A DNA stretch of 32,000 nucleotides from an archaeon. GTDB taxonomy: Archaea > Iainarchaeota > Iainarchaeia > Iainarchaeales > CSSED10-239. The DNA is taken from positions 30,001 to 62,000 of the forward strand of contig DAOMZT010000003.1 in the NCBI GenBank assembly GCA_035400625.1, given 5' to 3'. The notes below the pieces were generated by a model. It did not search any database. It saw nothing but the letters and a program-made list of their open reading frames with translations, and was not told the origin of the DNA. Below are positions 16,700-24,814 of the stretch, piece after piece (position 1 is the first letter of the stretch; every line of letters begins with the position of its first letter). Made by a program: the position numbers and the translations under genes.

Positions 16700-16728
16700 T
16701 TTTGGCCAACCAATAAGATATATAAATC
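16700..16728 (+). promoter_or_regulatory. TTGGCCAACCAAT box followed by a GATATATAAATC TATA-like element (box copy D)
   Basis: 16702-16714 matches the cassette A box TTGGACAACCAAT at 12 of 13 positions. It is followed 2 nt later by GATATATA and lies about 68-77 nt upstream of the acidic mini-protein ATGs. Confidence 0.4.
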
Positions 16729-16769
16729 TAATGTATCCATAATTTTTATATAAAAACTTTTTTTAAAAA

Positions 16770-16961
16770 ATGATGAATATGTTAGTGTATATGGTAGCAA
16801 AAAATGAGGAACAAGACTATAACCTTGATGACTTTGATTACGATGGCGACGAATGCATAATGGAAGAAAAAGAAGATATCGATACAGAATACACTCCAGA
16901 TGACTTTGATGACGAAGATGAAGAAGAGTACGATAGTGATCAAGACTATAGTGATGACTAA
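16770..16961 (+). CDS. hyper-acidic mini-protein 1 (63 aa from the first ATG; ATG 16779 or 16791 also possible)
   Basis: About 29 D/E, 2 K and no R. D/E runs are punctuated by Y/F (DDFDYD, DDFDDEDEEEYDSDQDYSDD). TATA-like TTTTTATATAAAA at 16744-16756 suggests a short or absent leader. Confidence 0.55.
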   Translation: MMNMLVYMVAKNEEQDYNLDDFDYDGDECIMEEKEDIDTEYTPDDFDDEDEEEYDSDQDYSDD

Positions 16962-17000
16962 AACAATTTTTTTAAAAAAACACAAAAGGTGGAATAAAAA

Positions 17001-17159
17001 ATGTATGTAATAACCAATGACTTAGAAGGTCAAGTCTTAAAGATAGATGACTACGATGAAGAAAACTATGAAGACTTTGATGAAGACGAAGACTATGAAG
17101 AAAGCGAAGAAGACGAAGACCTTGAAGAAGATTATGATGATTTTGAAGATGAAGAATAG
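17001..17159 (+). CDS. hyper-acidic mini-protein 2 (52 aa; below the ORF-track length cutoff)
   Basis: ATG 8 nt after an AAGGTGG SD (16986-16992). MYVITNDLEGQVLKIDDYDEENYEDFDEDEDYEESEEDEDLEEDYDDFEDEE, stop TAG at 17157-17159. About 30 of 52 residues are D/E. Same architecture as mini-protein 1. Confidence 0.55.
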   Translation: MYVITNDLEGQVLKIDDYDEENYEDFDEDEDYEESEEDEDLEEDYDDFEDEE

Positions 17160-17291
17160 ATAGGCTATTCTCTTAATTTCTATTTCTATATTTACTTTTT
17201 TTATGTTAAAAAATACATATTTAAAGGCTTCTATACCTATATATATTATATATTAAATACAATTTTTATAACAAAAAAGAGGGGTTTAAAA

Positions 17292-17699
17292 ATGAGCGAA
17301 AATGATTTAGAAAACCAAGAAATAAAATCTGTTGAAGAAGAAATTAAAGATGCTGTTGAAGATGAAGGAGTAGAACTTGATGATGAAAAATTACCTTTTC
17401 CAAATGCTACTGTTGTTAGATTAATGAGAAAGAATTTAGATAAGCACAAGCAAATAAAAGGGATAGTAAAAAAAGAAATGAATCTTTTTCTTGGCAGAAT
17501 TGTAGAAACTGTTTGTAAGAAAATGAATAGCTACGAATATACTTCTGTGGATTATGGCATGTTTAAGCAAGCAATAGAAACTTTTGAAAATATTCAATCT
17601 ATTGAACTTGAAAAAATTAGAATTATTAAAAACTTAGAAAAGATAAAAGCAGAATGTGATATTTTGATAGATGATGTAGAACGAAAATTCCATCAATAA
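17292..17699 (+). CDS. histone-fold protein (CBF/NF-Y/archaeal histone superfamily) with acidic N-tail and helical C-terminal extension
   Basis: AGAGGGG SD. The core LPFPNATVVRLMRKNL...GRIVETVCKKMNSYEYTSVDYGMFKQAIE aligns by eye to archaeal histone/NF-YB (LPIAP..RI.K...RKT...DI..A). About 33 aa of acidic N-terminal extension and about 35 aa of heptad-like C-terminal extension. Confidence 0.65.
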   Translation: MSENDLENQEIKSVEEEIKDAVEDEGVELDDEKLPFPNATVVRLMRKNLDKHKQIKGIVKKEMNLFLGRIVETVCKKMNSYEYTSVDYGMFKQAIETFENIQSIELEKIRIIKNLEKIKAECDILIDDVERKFHQ

Positions 17700-17718
17700 A
17701 ATTAGAAGGTGAAAGAGT

Positions 17719-19347
17719 ATGGGTAATGAAAGTCAAAATACTGTGTTTTTACCTGAAGGCTCTAAAAGAGAAAGAGGTAAAGACGCTCAAAGAATGAACA
17801 TAATGGTTGCTAAAGCTGTAAGTAATGCTGTCAAATCAACACTTGGCCCTAGAGGAATGGACAAGATGCTAGTTGATGAGTTGGGGAATGTCACAATCAG
17901 CAATGACGGTGCAACAATTCTTAAAGAAATGGCAATAGAACACCCAATAGGAAAGATGCTAGTAGAACTTGCAAAAAACCAAGATGATGAAGTAGGGGAC
18001 GGAACAACAAGTGCTGTTGTTATTGCAGGTGGCCTTGTAGCAAAAGCTGAGAACCTTTTAGATGAAAATGTACATCCATCAATAATAATTAAAGGCTATA
18101 AGATGGCTTCAGAAAAAGCAGTTGAGTATTTTAATGAAATTTCAGAGAAGGTTGCAATCAATGATAAGCAAGAACTTCTAGATATTGCAAAAACCTCAAT
18201 GACTGGTAAGGCATCAGAATATAGCTCAAATCTTGGTAACATTGTTCTTGAAGCAACTCTAAAGATTTCAAAATCAAATAAAGAAATAGACAGAGACCAA
18301 ATCAAGATTGAACAAAAGATTGGGGGTAGCCTTTCTGATACAAAGTTAATAGACGGTATTGTTCTTGATAAAGAGATTGTTCACTCAGAGATGCCAAGAA
18401 GCGTAAAGAATGCAAAAATCTTATTATTAAGTTCTGCTCTTGAAGTAAAAGAGCCAGAGACAGAAGCAAAGATACAGATAACTTCTCCTGATCAGCTACA
18501 GGCATTTATTGATGAAGAAGAACATTATCTTAAAGCAATGGTTGATAGAATAGAAGCAACTGGTGCTAATGTTGTTCTTTGTCAGAAAGGGATAGATGAT
18601 CTTGCTCAGCATTATCTTGCGAAAGCAGGAATAACTGCTATTAGAAGAGTAAGACAAACAGATATTGAAAGAATTGCAAAAGCCACAGGCGGAAAGATTG
18701 TCTCAAGAATAAAAGATGTTACAACTAAAGACCTTGGAACAGCAGAACATGTGTATGATAAAAAAATAGCAGGCGACTACATGTTGTTTATTGAAAAATG
18801 TCCAAACCCAGGGTATGTTACAATATTACTTAGAGGAACATCTGAGCAAGTTTTAGCAGAAACTGAGAGAACATTAACAGATGCTATAGGTGCTGTAATA
18901 TCTACAATCAAGACTGGCAAGTTTGTTGCAGCAGGTGGTGCTTCAGAAATAGAAGTTGCTTTAAGATTGAAAAACTTTGCAAAGACTGTAGGTGGAAGAG
19001 AGCAATTAGCAATAGAGGCATTTGCTGATGTTCTTGAAATCATTCCAAAGACCTTGGCAGAAAGTGCTGGTTTAGATGCAATTGATACAATTGTCTTTTT
19101 AAGAAGCAAGCATCAAGACCCTGCAAACAAAGCACTAGGAATAGACGTTGTTAATGGCATTGTAGCAGACATGAAGAAGAAAAAGGTAATTGAGCCAATA
19201 GCTGTTAAGACACAAGCAGTGACATCTGCTACAGAGGTTGCAGAGATGATTCTAAGGATTGACGATATCATTGCTGGTCAATCTAATAGACCAAGGACTC
19301 CACCAATGGGAATGGGCGGAATGCCTGGCGGAATGGGCGAAATGTAA
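17719..19347 (+). CDS. ths: thermosome subunit (group II chaperonin)
   Basis: [37 protein letters not shown] and VAAGGASE motifs, plus a GM-rich C-terminal tail ([13 protein letters not shown]). Confidence 0.95.
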   Translation: MGNESQNTVFLPEGSKRERGKDAQRMNIMVAKAVSNAVKSTLGPRGMDKMLVDELGNVTISNDGATILKEMAIEHPIGKMLVELAKNQDDEVGDGTTSAVVIAGGLVAKAENLLDENVHPSIIIKGYKMASEKAVEYFNEISEKVAINDKQELLDIAKTSMTGKASEYSSNLGNIVLEATLKISKSNKEIDRDQIKIEQKIGGSLSDTKLIDGIVLDKEIVHSEMPRSVKNAKILLLSSALEVKEPETEAKIQITSPDQLQAFIDEEEHYLKAMVDRIEATGANVVLCQKGIDDLAQHYLAKAGITAIRRVRQTDIERIAKATGGKIVSRIKDVTTKDLGTAEHVYDKKIAGDYMLFIEKCPNPGYVTILLRGTSEQVLAETERTLTDAIGAVISTIKTGKFVAAGGASEIEVALRLKNFAKTVGGREQLAIEAFADVLEIIPKTLAESAGLDAIDTIVFLRSKHQDPANKALGIDVVNGIVADMKKKKVIEPIAVKTQAVTSATEVAEMILRIDDIIAGQSNRPRTPPMGMGGMPGGMGEM

Positions 19348-19355
19348 TTTCAACC

Positions 19356-19386
19356 TTTTCCTTTTTTTCTATTTTTTAATTTTTTA
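19356..19386 (+). terminator. oligo-T tracts downstream of the thermosome gene (archaeal-type terminator)
   Basis: T7, T6 and T5 runs within 40 nt of the stop codon. Confidence 0.4.
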
Positions 19387-19390
19387 TATT

Positions 19391-19450
19391 TTGCACTAAT
19401 TCTCGGACAACATCGTAATCCGCACAAATCGATTATAAAATATAATAACA
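19391..19450 (+). repeat. degenerate third copy (C) of the cassette 5' part
   Basis: TTGCACTAATTCTCGGACAACATCG aligns with copy A TTCGCACTATTTCTTGGACAACCAAT, followed by an ATCGATTATAAAATATAA TATA-like stretch. No gene starts immediately downstream. Confidence 0.4.
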
Positions 19451-19457
19451 GTGGTAT

Positions 19458-19497
19458 TTACTAATGACCACAAAACCCTGTTAGTTGTCATTAGTAA
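19458..19497. repeat. 11-bp perfect inverted repeat with 18-nt spacer
   Basis: TTACTAATGAC (19458-19468) and GTCATTAGTAA (19487-19497). Lies inside the 331-nt gap between the thermosome and SSB-like genes, just downstream of box copy C. Confidence 0.6.
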
Positions 19498-19678
19498 TGA
19501 CAGCTTTTATAAAGGAAAATAAAGATATTTTAATAGAAGCCAAATATAATCAAGAAATAAAAGATAAGCAAAAATTATAACTCCTAAAACTCGTTATTTT
19601 TCCTTTTTCTTTCAAACATAAGGTTTTTAAATAACTTCTAAACTAAGATATATAACAAAACCATAACCTTGATTAGAG

Positions 19679-20026
19679 ATGATATTAGAAAAAATAAGAG
19701 ACATAAAGCACTATCAAAAGAAAGTGGATATTGTAGCAAAGGTTATAGACAAGACTAATGTCCGAGAAGTTGTTTCCAAACTTGATGAAACACGACACAA
19801 GGTTTGTGAAGTCCTAATAGGCGACGAAACAGGAACAATCTATCTTACAATGTGGGATGATGCTATTTCTAAAATAGAGATTGGTAAAACCTATATCTTT
19901 AGAAACCTATTTTCTTCTGAGTTTCAAAAATCAATGAGGCTAAACATTGGAAGATTTGGAGAGTTCGAGGAAACGGACAAACAAATAGATGTGAACTTGG
20001 ATAATTTCAGATCTCAAGTGCATTAA
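19679..20026 (+). CDS. OB-fold single-stranded DNA-binding protein (SSB/RPA-like, single OB)
   Basis: VDIVAKVIDKTNVREV...KVCEVLIGDETGTIYLTMWDD...GKTYIFRN is the typical pattern of archaeal/hSSB1-type OB folds. Confidence 0.65.
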   Translation: MILEKIRDIKHYQKKVDIVAKVIDKTNVREVVSKLDETRHKVCEVLIGDETGTIYLTMWDDAISKIEIGKTYIFRNLFSSEFQKSMRLNIGRFGEFEETDKQIDVNLDNFRSQVH

Positions 20027-20100
20027 AATAACCTTTAAATATATTTCTACAGCTATATTACTTAATAGACCGCAAAATTTCTAATTTGCCTAAGTTTATT

Positions 20101-20175
20101 GGGAGTATAGCTCAGCCTGGTCAGAGCAGTGGTCTTATACACCAAAGGTCGCAGGTTCGAATCCTGCTTCTCCCA
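20101..20175 (+). tRNA. tRNA-Ile (anticodon UAU)
   Basis: Acceptor GGGAGTA/TTCTCCC (U6:U67 mismatch), D-arm GCTC-AGCCTGGTCA-GAGC, anticodon arm GTGGT-CTTATAC-ACCAA (27:43 mismatch), T-arm GCAGG-TTCGAAT-CCTGC. The body is nearly identical to tRNA-Ile(GAU) at 14277. Confidence 0.75.
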
Positions 20176-20240
20176 CCTTTGGAAAAACCTTGTTTTTTTA
20201 ATTAAATATCTTTAAAAACATATTTATAATCTATTTTTCT

Positions 20241-21686
20241 ATGATACTTAAAGATACAAAAAAGATATTCCTATGGATATTTGGATTAATCTTTAGTGGT
20301 ATTGTTTATTTTATATTAAAAAACAACTATATCTTTGATACTTCAAAACACCCTTATATTCCTTTAGCAATATCTCTTGTAGTCTTTCTTTTGTTTTTTG
20401 GAGTTGGTATTTTTGTATCCCAGATATCAAATATCTTCTACTTGGTTCTTTCTAAAAGCAAAGACCTAAATGAAGTTCAAAAAATTGCAAGAGACGAACA
20501 GAAAGAAAAACAGCTTAAACAAATAACCAAAAATATTAGAAGAATCGTAAACTATATTTTATTTAAAAATTATTCTAAGGAATCAATCAAAGCACTATCA
20601 GATTATATAGGCCTGGATTCTGAAGCAACTGAAAGATTAATAAAAATAATAAAAGAAACCACCAAAATAAGGTTTGTCTATTGGATAATTGGTATTATTT
20701 TGTCAAGCTTAAATATGGTTTTGATTTATAGTCTTGATATATTTGTATTTTTAAGAACTCCAATGATTATTCCAGTAACAGTTTCTTTAGTAATTTATAT
20801 GTTGTTCTTTGTTGAAGGGTTTTTGATATTAAGACTGCCAAAGCATGTCTATCTTGATGTTTTGAAAATTACAGAAAAATCAAAAGAAGAAAGAAAATAT
20901 GCTTTAGAGAAAAACAAAGAAGAATTAAATAAGAAAGAAAGCATACAAAAAAAATCAATACAAAATATCAGAAACACAATCAAATATTTGATAGAGATTG
21001 GAGCTAATAGAGACTGGATACTTGATTTGTTAGTAAGTAATGGCTTTAGTAAAGAAGTTGCTCAAGACATTATGTTTGATATTATTAAAGAAGGCATAAA
21101 AGAAAAAGAACTATACAAAGCAGAAATAAGAGAAATAAAAAACATGCAAAAAACAAAAGAATTGTTTGTTAAGAAAATGCTTGAAGATTTTAATAATTTA
21201 AGAAAAATATATCAAGAGGTAAGCTATCTAAAAAACTTTGTTTCTAATCTTGAAGACAAAGAGGTAAAAGTGGATAGCTTTAGAGAAAAACAAGTAAGCT
21301 ATAAAACATTTGATATTCCAAACATTAAACAAACAGAAGAGATGTCTGCAAGTATTAATGAGATGAAGAAAAGAAGAGATTATGCAAATATTCCTGTAGA
21401 TGCCACTAATGGATCCAGAATAACTGCCCAAGAAGCAATGGCTAGCCTTCCTAAAAACGAATCTTCAAATCAAGATATTAATTTTTTATATGTTTTAATA
21501 AGGCCATATGCTAACAAATATACAAGAGAAGAACTACAAAGTATGATGCTATCTCTTGGTTATTCTGTTGCGATGATTGACGATGTTTTGATATTATTAG
21601 AGCAAAACGGAATAGACTTCAAACAGGATGAAAAAGGAGTATTTACTTTTGTTGGTAACATTATTGATAAGGCATCAAAGAAATAG
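20241..21686 (+). CDS. membrane protein with an internally duplicated TM-hairpin module and K/E-rich helical regions (hypothetical)
   Basis: Two similar TM hairpins (residues about 8-70 and about 137-200, both with a VSLV..LFF..G pattern). Each is followed by a charged helix and an IR(R/N)..(N/K)Y(I/L) segment. Three G(F/Y)S-containing helical motifs. Confidence 0.6.
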   Translation: MILKDTKKIFLWIFGLIFSGIVYFILKNNYIFDTSKHPYIPLAISLVVFLLFFGVGIFVSQISNIFYLVLSKSKDLNEVQKIARDEQKEKQLKQITKNIRRIVNYILFKNYSKESIKALSDYIGLDSEATERLIKIIKETTKIRFVYWIIGIILSSLNMVLIYSLDIFVFLRTPMIIPVTVSLVIYMLFFVEGFLILRLPKHVYLDVLKITEKSKEERKYALEKNKEELNKKESIQKKSIQNIRNTIKYLIEIGANRDWILDLLVSNGFSKEVAQDIMFDIIKEGIKEKELYKAEIREIKNMQKTKELFVKKMLEDFNNLRKIYQEVSYLKNFVSNLEDKEVKVDSFREKQVSYKTFDIPNIKQTEEMSASINEMKKRRDYANIPVDATNGSRITAQEAMASLPKNESSNQDINFLYVLIRPYANKYTREELQSMMLSLGYSVAMIDDVLILLEQNGIDFKQDEKGVFTFVGNIIDKASKK

Positions 21687-21760
21687 CCTAAATTGCCTTA
21701 TTTTAAAAACTTATTCTATCTAAAATATATTATTATCTAATATATAAAATTGATTTAATT

Positions 21761-24613
21761 ATGTCTGAACAATTTTCAAACAAAACAGAACTGGAAATTA
21801 AAGAATATTGGGAAGCAAAAGGCATTCCAGAAAAGGTAAGAGCAAAGAAAGGCAAAAACAACTATTACTTTATAGATGGGCCACCTTATGCATCAGGAAG
21901 TCTACATCTTGGAACAGCAATGAACAGAATCCTTAAAGATTTAATCATAAGATACAGACGAATGTCTGGATATACTGTCCTTGATACACCTGGCTTTGAT
22001 ACTCATGGTGTTCCAATCGAAGCAAAGGTGCAAAAGGCATATAACCTAAAATCAAAAGAAGATATTGAAAAGTTTGGAATTGAAAATTTCACAAAAGAAT
22101 GTTATAAGTTTGCAACAGAACATATTGATGACATGTCAAAGGAAATTTATAATCTTGGGCAATGGATGGATTTTAAGAGGCCTTACAGAACCCTTGACAA
22201 ATCGTATATGGAGACAGGGTGGTGGGTTTTTAAGAAAGCTACAGATAAAGGCCTTTTATATCATGACAAATACCCTGTGCATGTCTGTCCATCTTGTGGA
22301 ACAGCAGTTTCTTTTAATGAGATTGAACATAAGGACTTAACAGACACTTCTATTTATGTTAAAATGAAATCATTGGATATGCCTGATACCTATTATGTTA
22401 TCTGGACAACAACTCCTTGGACATTACCTGCAAATCTAGGAATAATGGTGCATCCAAGTTATACTTATGTTGAATTAATTTATAATAATGAGAAATATAT
22501 AGTAGCAGAAGAGCTTGTTGAAAAGATTACAAGAGAACTTGGCTGGTATGATTACGATCTTGGAAAAAAATATAAGGGCGAAGAGCTTGCTGGAAAAAAA
22601 TATGAGTCCATCTTAGGAGAATGGCTAGAAAATCTTGAAGAGCTAAAGAAAGATTGTTATAAGGTTGTGTTATCTCCAAGGTATGTGCATCTTGAAGAAG
22701 GAACAGGCCTTGTACATTGTGCACCAGGGCATGGTAGAGAGGACTATGTTGTTGGTAAAGAAAATAATCTTCCTGCATATTGTCCAGTTACTGTTGAAGG
22801 TGTTTATGATTCTTCTATGAAAATGTTTAAGGGCGAAAAAGTAAAAGCACTTGATCCTAAAATTATTGAATATTTGGAAGATAAACAAGCAATACTTGGA
22901 AAGCGCCCAATAACACATGCATACCCTACTTGTTGGAGATGTGTTTCGCCTCTTTTGCAGGTTGCTCTCCCACAATGGTTTTTAAGAATTGAACCAATGA
23001 AGGAAAGACTAAGAGAGATTAATCAAAAAGAAGTGACTTGGTATCCTGATTGGGCAAAAGAAAGATTTGATAATTGGCTTGATTCTTTGTCTGATTGGCC
23101 AATTTCAAGAGCAAGATATTGGGGAACACCAATACCTATCTGGCAATGTGAAAAATGTAAGGAGATTGAGGTGTTTGGGTCTTTAGAGGAATTAAAAACA
23201 AAAGTTCCTGATTTAGATGTAAATATGGATCTTCATAAGCCAGGAATTGATAATATCACATATGCTTGTAAATGTGGAGGTACAAAAAAAAGAATACCTG
23301 AAATCTTTGATGTTTGGTTTGATTCTGGAATTGCTTCTTTTGCAAGCTTAGGTTATCCAAGGCAAAAAGAAAAATTTAATGAGTTCTGGCCACCAGACAT
23401 TAATCTTGAAGGCTCTGACCAGATAAGGGGTTGGTGGAATTCTCAGATGCTTACTTCTGCAATATGTTTTGATAAGGCGCCTTATAAGTTTGTTGCTCTT
23501 CATGGAATGGTTCTTGCAGTTGATAAAAGAAAATTATCAAAGTCATTGGGTAATGACAGGCCACTTTCACAAAGGTTTTCTGAATTATCAATTGATTACT
23601 ATAGATATTATTTTGCAAGAGAATACAATGGAATGGATGTAATAATTGATGAAAAGAAATTTGCAGATATCAAAAGAGTGTTTAATCTTCTTGAAAATAT
23701 TTATTCGTTGATGGCATTATTGGATGATAAACAAAAGTTTAATCCATCAATTGATAATGATAATCTAGAGATAGAAGACAAATGGATCCTTTCTAAGTAT
23801 AATAACTTGGTTGATAGCTATCACAAGAACTATCAAGGCTGTAACTTTTCTAAAGCCACTCTTGATTTGGAAAAATTTATTTTAGAAGACTTTAGTAGGA
23901 CATACCTAAAGCTAATTAAGAAGAGAGAAACAAAGAACAATGTTTTAAGCCACATCTTTTCTGGTTTGTTATTGCTTTTGTCTCCAGCCACTCCACATTT
24001 AAGCGAACATCTTTTCTTAAAGTTTAAAGATAGAAAAGAAACAATACACCTAGAGGAATTACCTGTGGCAAATGCAAAGCTAATAGATAAAGAACTAGAG
24101 GAAAACTTTGATATTGCTCTTTCAATTGTGCAAGAAGCACTTGCTGCAAGAGAGAGAACAAAGAAAAGACTAAGATGGGTTCTTCCAAGGCTTGTAGTTG
24201 TTTCTCCTGATGCTGAGAAACTTTCTGGTGTAAAAGAGATTGTTTCAAACATGGCAAATGTTAAAGAAGTACAACTTCTGACAACTGTACCAAAAGGAAA
24301 CTTTGAGGAAGGAAAGATTTCAGAAAATCTTTTAATCTATCTTGACAATGATCTTCCATTGGGTCTAGAAGATGAATGGGAACTAAGCGAGTTAACAAGA
24401 GCAATACAGGCAGAGAGAAAGAAAAACAACCTTGTTCCAAGCCAGGTAGTAACTCTAAACATTGCTTGTAGTGATGAAGAGTTTATAAAAAATAAAAAAG
24501 AAGCAATTGAAACTGCAACTGCTACCAAGCTTTCTATTGTTCCATTTGATTCCAGCAATCCAAAAAAGCAAAAGCTAATAGAAAGAGAGGTTTGTTTCTC
24601 TTTTTCTTTCTGA
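21761..24613 (+). CDS. ileS: isoleucine--tRNA ligase
   Basis: Class I signatures PPYASGSLHLGT (HIGH-like) and KLSKS (KMSKS). CP1 editing motifs WTTTPWTLPAN and GTGLVHCAPGHGREDY. WPISRARYWGTPIPIW is typical of IleRS. Several Cys-pair zinc motifs. Confidence 0.85.
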   Translation: MSEQFSNKTELEIKEYWEAKGIPEKVRAKKGKNNYYFIDGPPYASGSLHLGTAMNRILKDLIIRYRRMSGYTVLDTPGFDTHGVPIEAKVQKAYNLKSKEDIEKFGIENFTKECYKFATEHIDDMSKEIYNLGQWMDFKRPYRTLDKSYMETGWWVFKKATDKGLLYHDKYPVHVCPSCGTAVSFNEIEHKDLTDTSIYVKMKSLDMPDTYYVIWTTTPWTLPANLGIMVHPSYTYVELIYNNEKYIVAEELVEKITRELGWYDYDLGKKYKGEELAGKKYESILGEWLENLEELKKDCYKVVLSPRYVHLEEGTGLVHCAPGHGREDYVVGKENNLPAYCPVTVEGVYDSSMKMFKGEKVKALDPKIIEYLEDKQAILGKRPITHAYPTCWRCVSPLLQVALPQWFLRIEPMKERLREINQKEVTWYPDWAKERFDNWLDSLSDWPISRARYWGTPIPIWQCEKCKEIEVFGSLEELKTKVPDLDVNMDLHKPGIDNITYACKCGGTKKRIPEIFDVWFDSGIASFASLGYPRQKEKFNEFWPPDINLEGSDQIRGWWNSQMLTSAICFDKAPYKFVALHGMVLAVDKRKLSKSLGNDRPLSQRFSELSIDYYRYYFAREYNGMDVIIDEKKFADIKRVFNLLENIYSLMALLDDKQKFNPSIDNDNLEIEDKWILSKYNNLVDSYHKNYQGCNFSKATLDLEKFILEDFSRTYLKLIKKRETKNNVLSHIFSGLLLLLSPATPHLSEHLFLKFKDRKETIHLEELPVANAKLIDKELEENFDIALSIVQEALAARERTKKRLRWVLPRLVVVSPDAEKLSGVKEIVSNMANVKEVQLLTTVPKGNFEEGKISENLLIYLDNDLPLGLEDEWELSELTRAIQAERKKNNLVPSQVVTLNIACSDEEFIKNKKEAIETATATKLSIVPFDSSNPKKQKLIEREVCFSFSF

Positions 24614-24630
24614 TTTTTGTTAAAAAGTAT

Positions 24631-24688
24631 TTGTTCACTCTCAGTGAACAAAAAACCCTTATTTTGTGCACTGGCAATGCACAATTTT
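24631..24688 (+). terminator. two hairpins after ileS, the second followed by TTTT
   Basis: 9-bp stem 24631-24639/24643-24651 with a 3-nt loop. 7-bp stem 24664-24670/24678-24684 with a 7-nt loop, then T4. Confidence 0.4.
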
Positions 24689-24701
24689 AGAAAGGGAAAA
24701 T

Positions 24702-24807
24702 TTCGTACAAATTCTTGGACAACCGATCCCTCCGCCCGACCGATATATATATATCGGTTTTAATTTATTTACAAAAAACATAATTAAATAACTTAAAAAG
24801 GAGATGA
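24702..24807 (+). promoter_or_regulatory. conserved promoter/5'UTR cassette, copy B
   Basis: Aligns to 12531-12639. TTGGACAACCGAT box at 24715-24727, identical 20-bp palindrome at 24739-24758, GGAGATGA SD at 24800-24807, 7 nt before the ATG at 24815. Confidence 0.6.
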
Positions 24808-24814
24808 AAGCAAT

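Noticed and set aside
12544-17699. The CCAAT pentamer inside box copies A and D, combined with the nearby NF-YB-like histone-fold protein, suggesting an archaeal CCAAT-box/NF-Y analogue.
   Set aside because: This is tempting but unsupported. In eukaryotes, CCAAT specificity comes from NF-YA, which I do not see here. Copy B reads CCGAT and copy C lacks the pentamer. A 5-mer match is expected by chance.
19497-19580. A 27-aa ORF (MTAFIKENKDILIEAKYNQEIKDKQKL) downstream of box copy C.
   Set aside because: It has no SD, is very short and starts inside the inverted repeat. I kept it only as a note within the finding on this gap, not as a feature.
12531-24807. The two ~105-nt direct repeats as att-like borders of a 12-kb integrated element.
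   Set aside because: The interval carries core housekeeping genes (thermosome, IleRS, three tRNAs, m5C methyltransferase, SSB-like) with the same composition as the flanks. There is no integrase, transposase or replication gene. Each repeat ends precisely at an SD/start codon, which fits a promoter duplication better.
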